This document shows positions 60,578 to 64,000 of a stretch of 64,000 bases of DNA, piece after piece. Numbering within the stretch: the first letter of the stretch is position 1; each line of letters starts with the position of its first letter. The stretch spans positions 53,327 through 117,326 of the forward strand of contig JBCCRO010000004.1 in assembly GCA_039201605.1 (NCBI GenBank). The letters run 5' to 3'. This stretch comes from Actinomycetota bacterium (lineage in GTDB: Bacteria > Actinomycetota > Acidimicrobiia > Acidimicrobiales > SZUA-35). The notes beneath the pieces are model-generated. The model saw nothing but the letters and a program-made list of their open reading frames with translations. It searched no databases and was not told the origin of the DNA. The translations under genes and the position numbers were made by a program.

Positions 60578-61060
60578 ATGCCTGCTCCCCTCCGGCTCGA
60601 CGATGGCGAAGCCCGCCGTCGGTTCGAGGCCGCTCGCTCCCTCATCTTCAACAGCACGACGCTGAGCTCCATGCACGACACGCTGCGGCGTATCGACGAG
60701 TCGCTCCAGGCGGCCGGTGCCGCCCGGACTCGGCTCGTGCAGTCGGTGGCCCAGCTCGATCCGGCCGCCGTCGACCGTGAACTCAAGCAGGCGCTGCGGG
60801 CCTACGGCCGCCAGGCGCCGGAGGTGGCGGCCATCCAACGGCGGCGGCAGATCGTGATCGGCATCCAGGACGAGATCGACGCCGTCGACGAGCACGTCTA
60901 CCGCACCGTGCTCGACGTGGAGGCCCTGGCGGCGAGATCGGCGGGCGCTCCGTCATCCGCACCGTCCGACCTCGGTCGTCAGATGCAGGACGACCTGGAA
61001 CTGCTCAGGGCCGACACCGCGGCGTTGGAGTCGGCCCGCCGGGAACTGGAGGCGTTCTAG
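60578..61060 (+). CDS. Hypothetical helical/coiled-coil protein
   Basis: The start is the ATG at 60578, after GAGGTG. It is directly followed by the zinc-finger gene start at 61061. Confidence 0.5.
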   Translation: MPAPLRLDDGEARRRFEAARSLIFNSTTLSSMHDTLRRIDESLQAAGAARTRLVQSVAQLDPAAVDRELKQALRAYGRQAPEVAAIQRRRQIVIGIQDEIDAVDEHVYRTVLDVEALAARSAGAPSSAPSDLGRQMQDDLELLRADTAALESARRELEAF

Positions 61061-61393
61061 ATGTTCTGTCCGCTCTGTCTCGATCACGTCCTGGAGCAGA
61101 AGTTCAGCCACGGCATCGAGGTCGACGTGTGCCCCAACTGCAAGGGGGTATGGCTCGACCGGGGCGAGCTGGAGAAGCTGGCGGCCCAGGTGCCCGCCGC
61201 CCCACCTCAGCCGCCGGCGCCCGCTCCCGTGCCCTCCGATCTGGATGATCGCAACGTTCGCCGCGAGCGCCGGGAACCTCGGATCAGCGCCGACACCCTC
61301 GGGGCCAAGAAGCCGAAGAAGAAGAAAAAGAAGAAGCGGAAGGGCCTGGGCGACCTGTTGGACGACGTCTTCGACGACGTTCTCGATTTCTAG
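61061..61393 (+). CDS. zf-TFIIB-type zinc-ribbon protein with a poly-lysine tract
   Basis: MFCPLCLDHVL...VDVCPNCKGVWLDRGELEKL has two CxxC pairs, and the C-terminus contains KKPKKKKKKKRKG. Confidence 0.8.
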   Translation: MFCPLCLDHVLEQKFSHGIEVDVCPNCKGVWLDRGELEKLAAQVPAAPPQPPAPAPVPSDLDDRNVRRERREPRISADTLGAKKPKKKKKKKRKGLGDLLDDVFDDVLDF

Positions 61394-61411
61394 GCCCCGT
61401 GGAACGGGGCC
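61393..61411 (+). terminator. Hairpin ggccccg-tggaa-cggggcc overlapping the stop codon of the zinc-ribbon gene
   Basis: This is a 7-bp perfect GC stem with a 5-nt loop and no T-tract. Confidence 0.4.
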
Positions 61412-61430
61412 GCCCGCCCCTCGGTGAGCG

Positions 61431-61470
61431 GCGACGGGCCCGCCCGGCTCGGTGCCGGGCGACCCGTCGC
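61431..61470. terminator. Long GC hairpin in the convergent intergenic region
   Basis: gcgacggg-cc-cgcccggc [tcggt] gccgggcg-a-cccgtcgc forms about 16 bp with a small internal loop. Confidence 0.35.
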
Positions 61471-61488
61471 CGACCGTTCGTCGGCGTT

Positions 61489-61529
61489 GGCGACGGCCGT
61501 CGATCCCGTCGGGAGATCGGGCCGTCGCC
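61489..61529 (-). terminator. Long GC hairpin 10 nt downstream of the nuclease stop codon
   Basis: ggcgacggcc / ggccgtcgcc forms 10 bp, extended by cgatc / gatcg (5 bp) around a 9-nt loop. Confidence 0.4.
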
Positions 61530-61538
61530 GAGGCGACG

Positions 61539-64000
<2,462 letters not shown>

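Overview
This is a very GC-rich, almost fully coding chromosomal segment. I call about 66 CDS and found no rRNA, tRNA, CRISPR array, transposase or integrase. Gene content suggests an Actinomycetota-type genome, possibly Acidimicrobiia-like, but that is inference. The supporting genes are type I pantothenate kinase, fused FO synthase fbiC, tkt-tal, gltBD, a conservon-type kinase with DUF742, DUF3151 and HxlR/TetR/Lrp regulators. Strong third-position G/C bias produces many long spurious antisense ORFs, so I chose genes by recognisable protein families, start-codon context and 4-nt start/stop overlaps, and re-derived many starts by hand. The window is mostly housekeeping: central carbon metabolism (tkt, tal, pyk), nitrogen assimilation (gltBD), cofactors (coaA, fbiC, mobA), RNA processing and modification (rnd, trmI, ttuA/ttuB, psuG, a TrmH-like methyltransferase), lipid and CoA metabolism, and an H+-pyrophosphatase.

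The most notable observations are:
- A SelW/Rdx-family gene whose N-terminal CxxU motif is hidden behind an in-frame TGA at 57454, followed by a SECIS-like hairpin. The ORF track shows only the truncated 3' part.
- The downstream TrmH-like gene, whose conserved N-terminus lies upstream of any canonical start codon and probably initiates at a CTG overlapping the SelW stop.
- A translationally coupled ttuB-ttuA-trmI operon that links tRNA s2T54 and m1A58 modification. Its sulfur-carrier protein ends in GGQG rather than GG.
- A two-gene 'minimal conservon' (CvnA-like kinase plus DUF742, with no Roadblock or GTPase gene) that is divergent from a DUF4388 gene.
- An orphan pair of response regulators, REC-HDOD and REC with a degenerate HD-GYP-like domain.
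- A 32-bp tandem hairpin repeat that duplicates the convergent 3' ends of tal and a membrane-tethered CBM protein.
- An ExeM/NucH-type secreted nuclease carrying RTX-like repeats.
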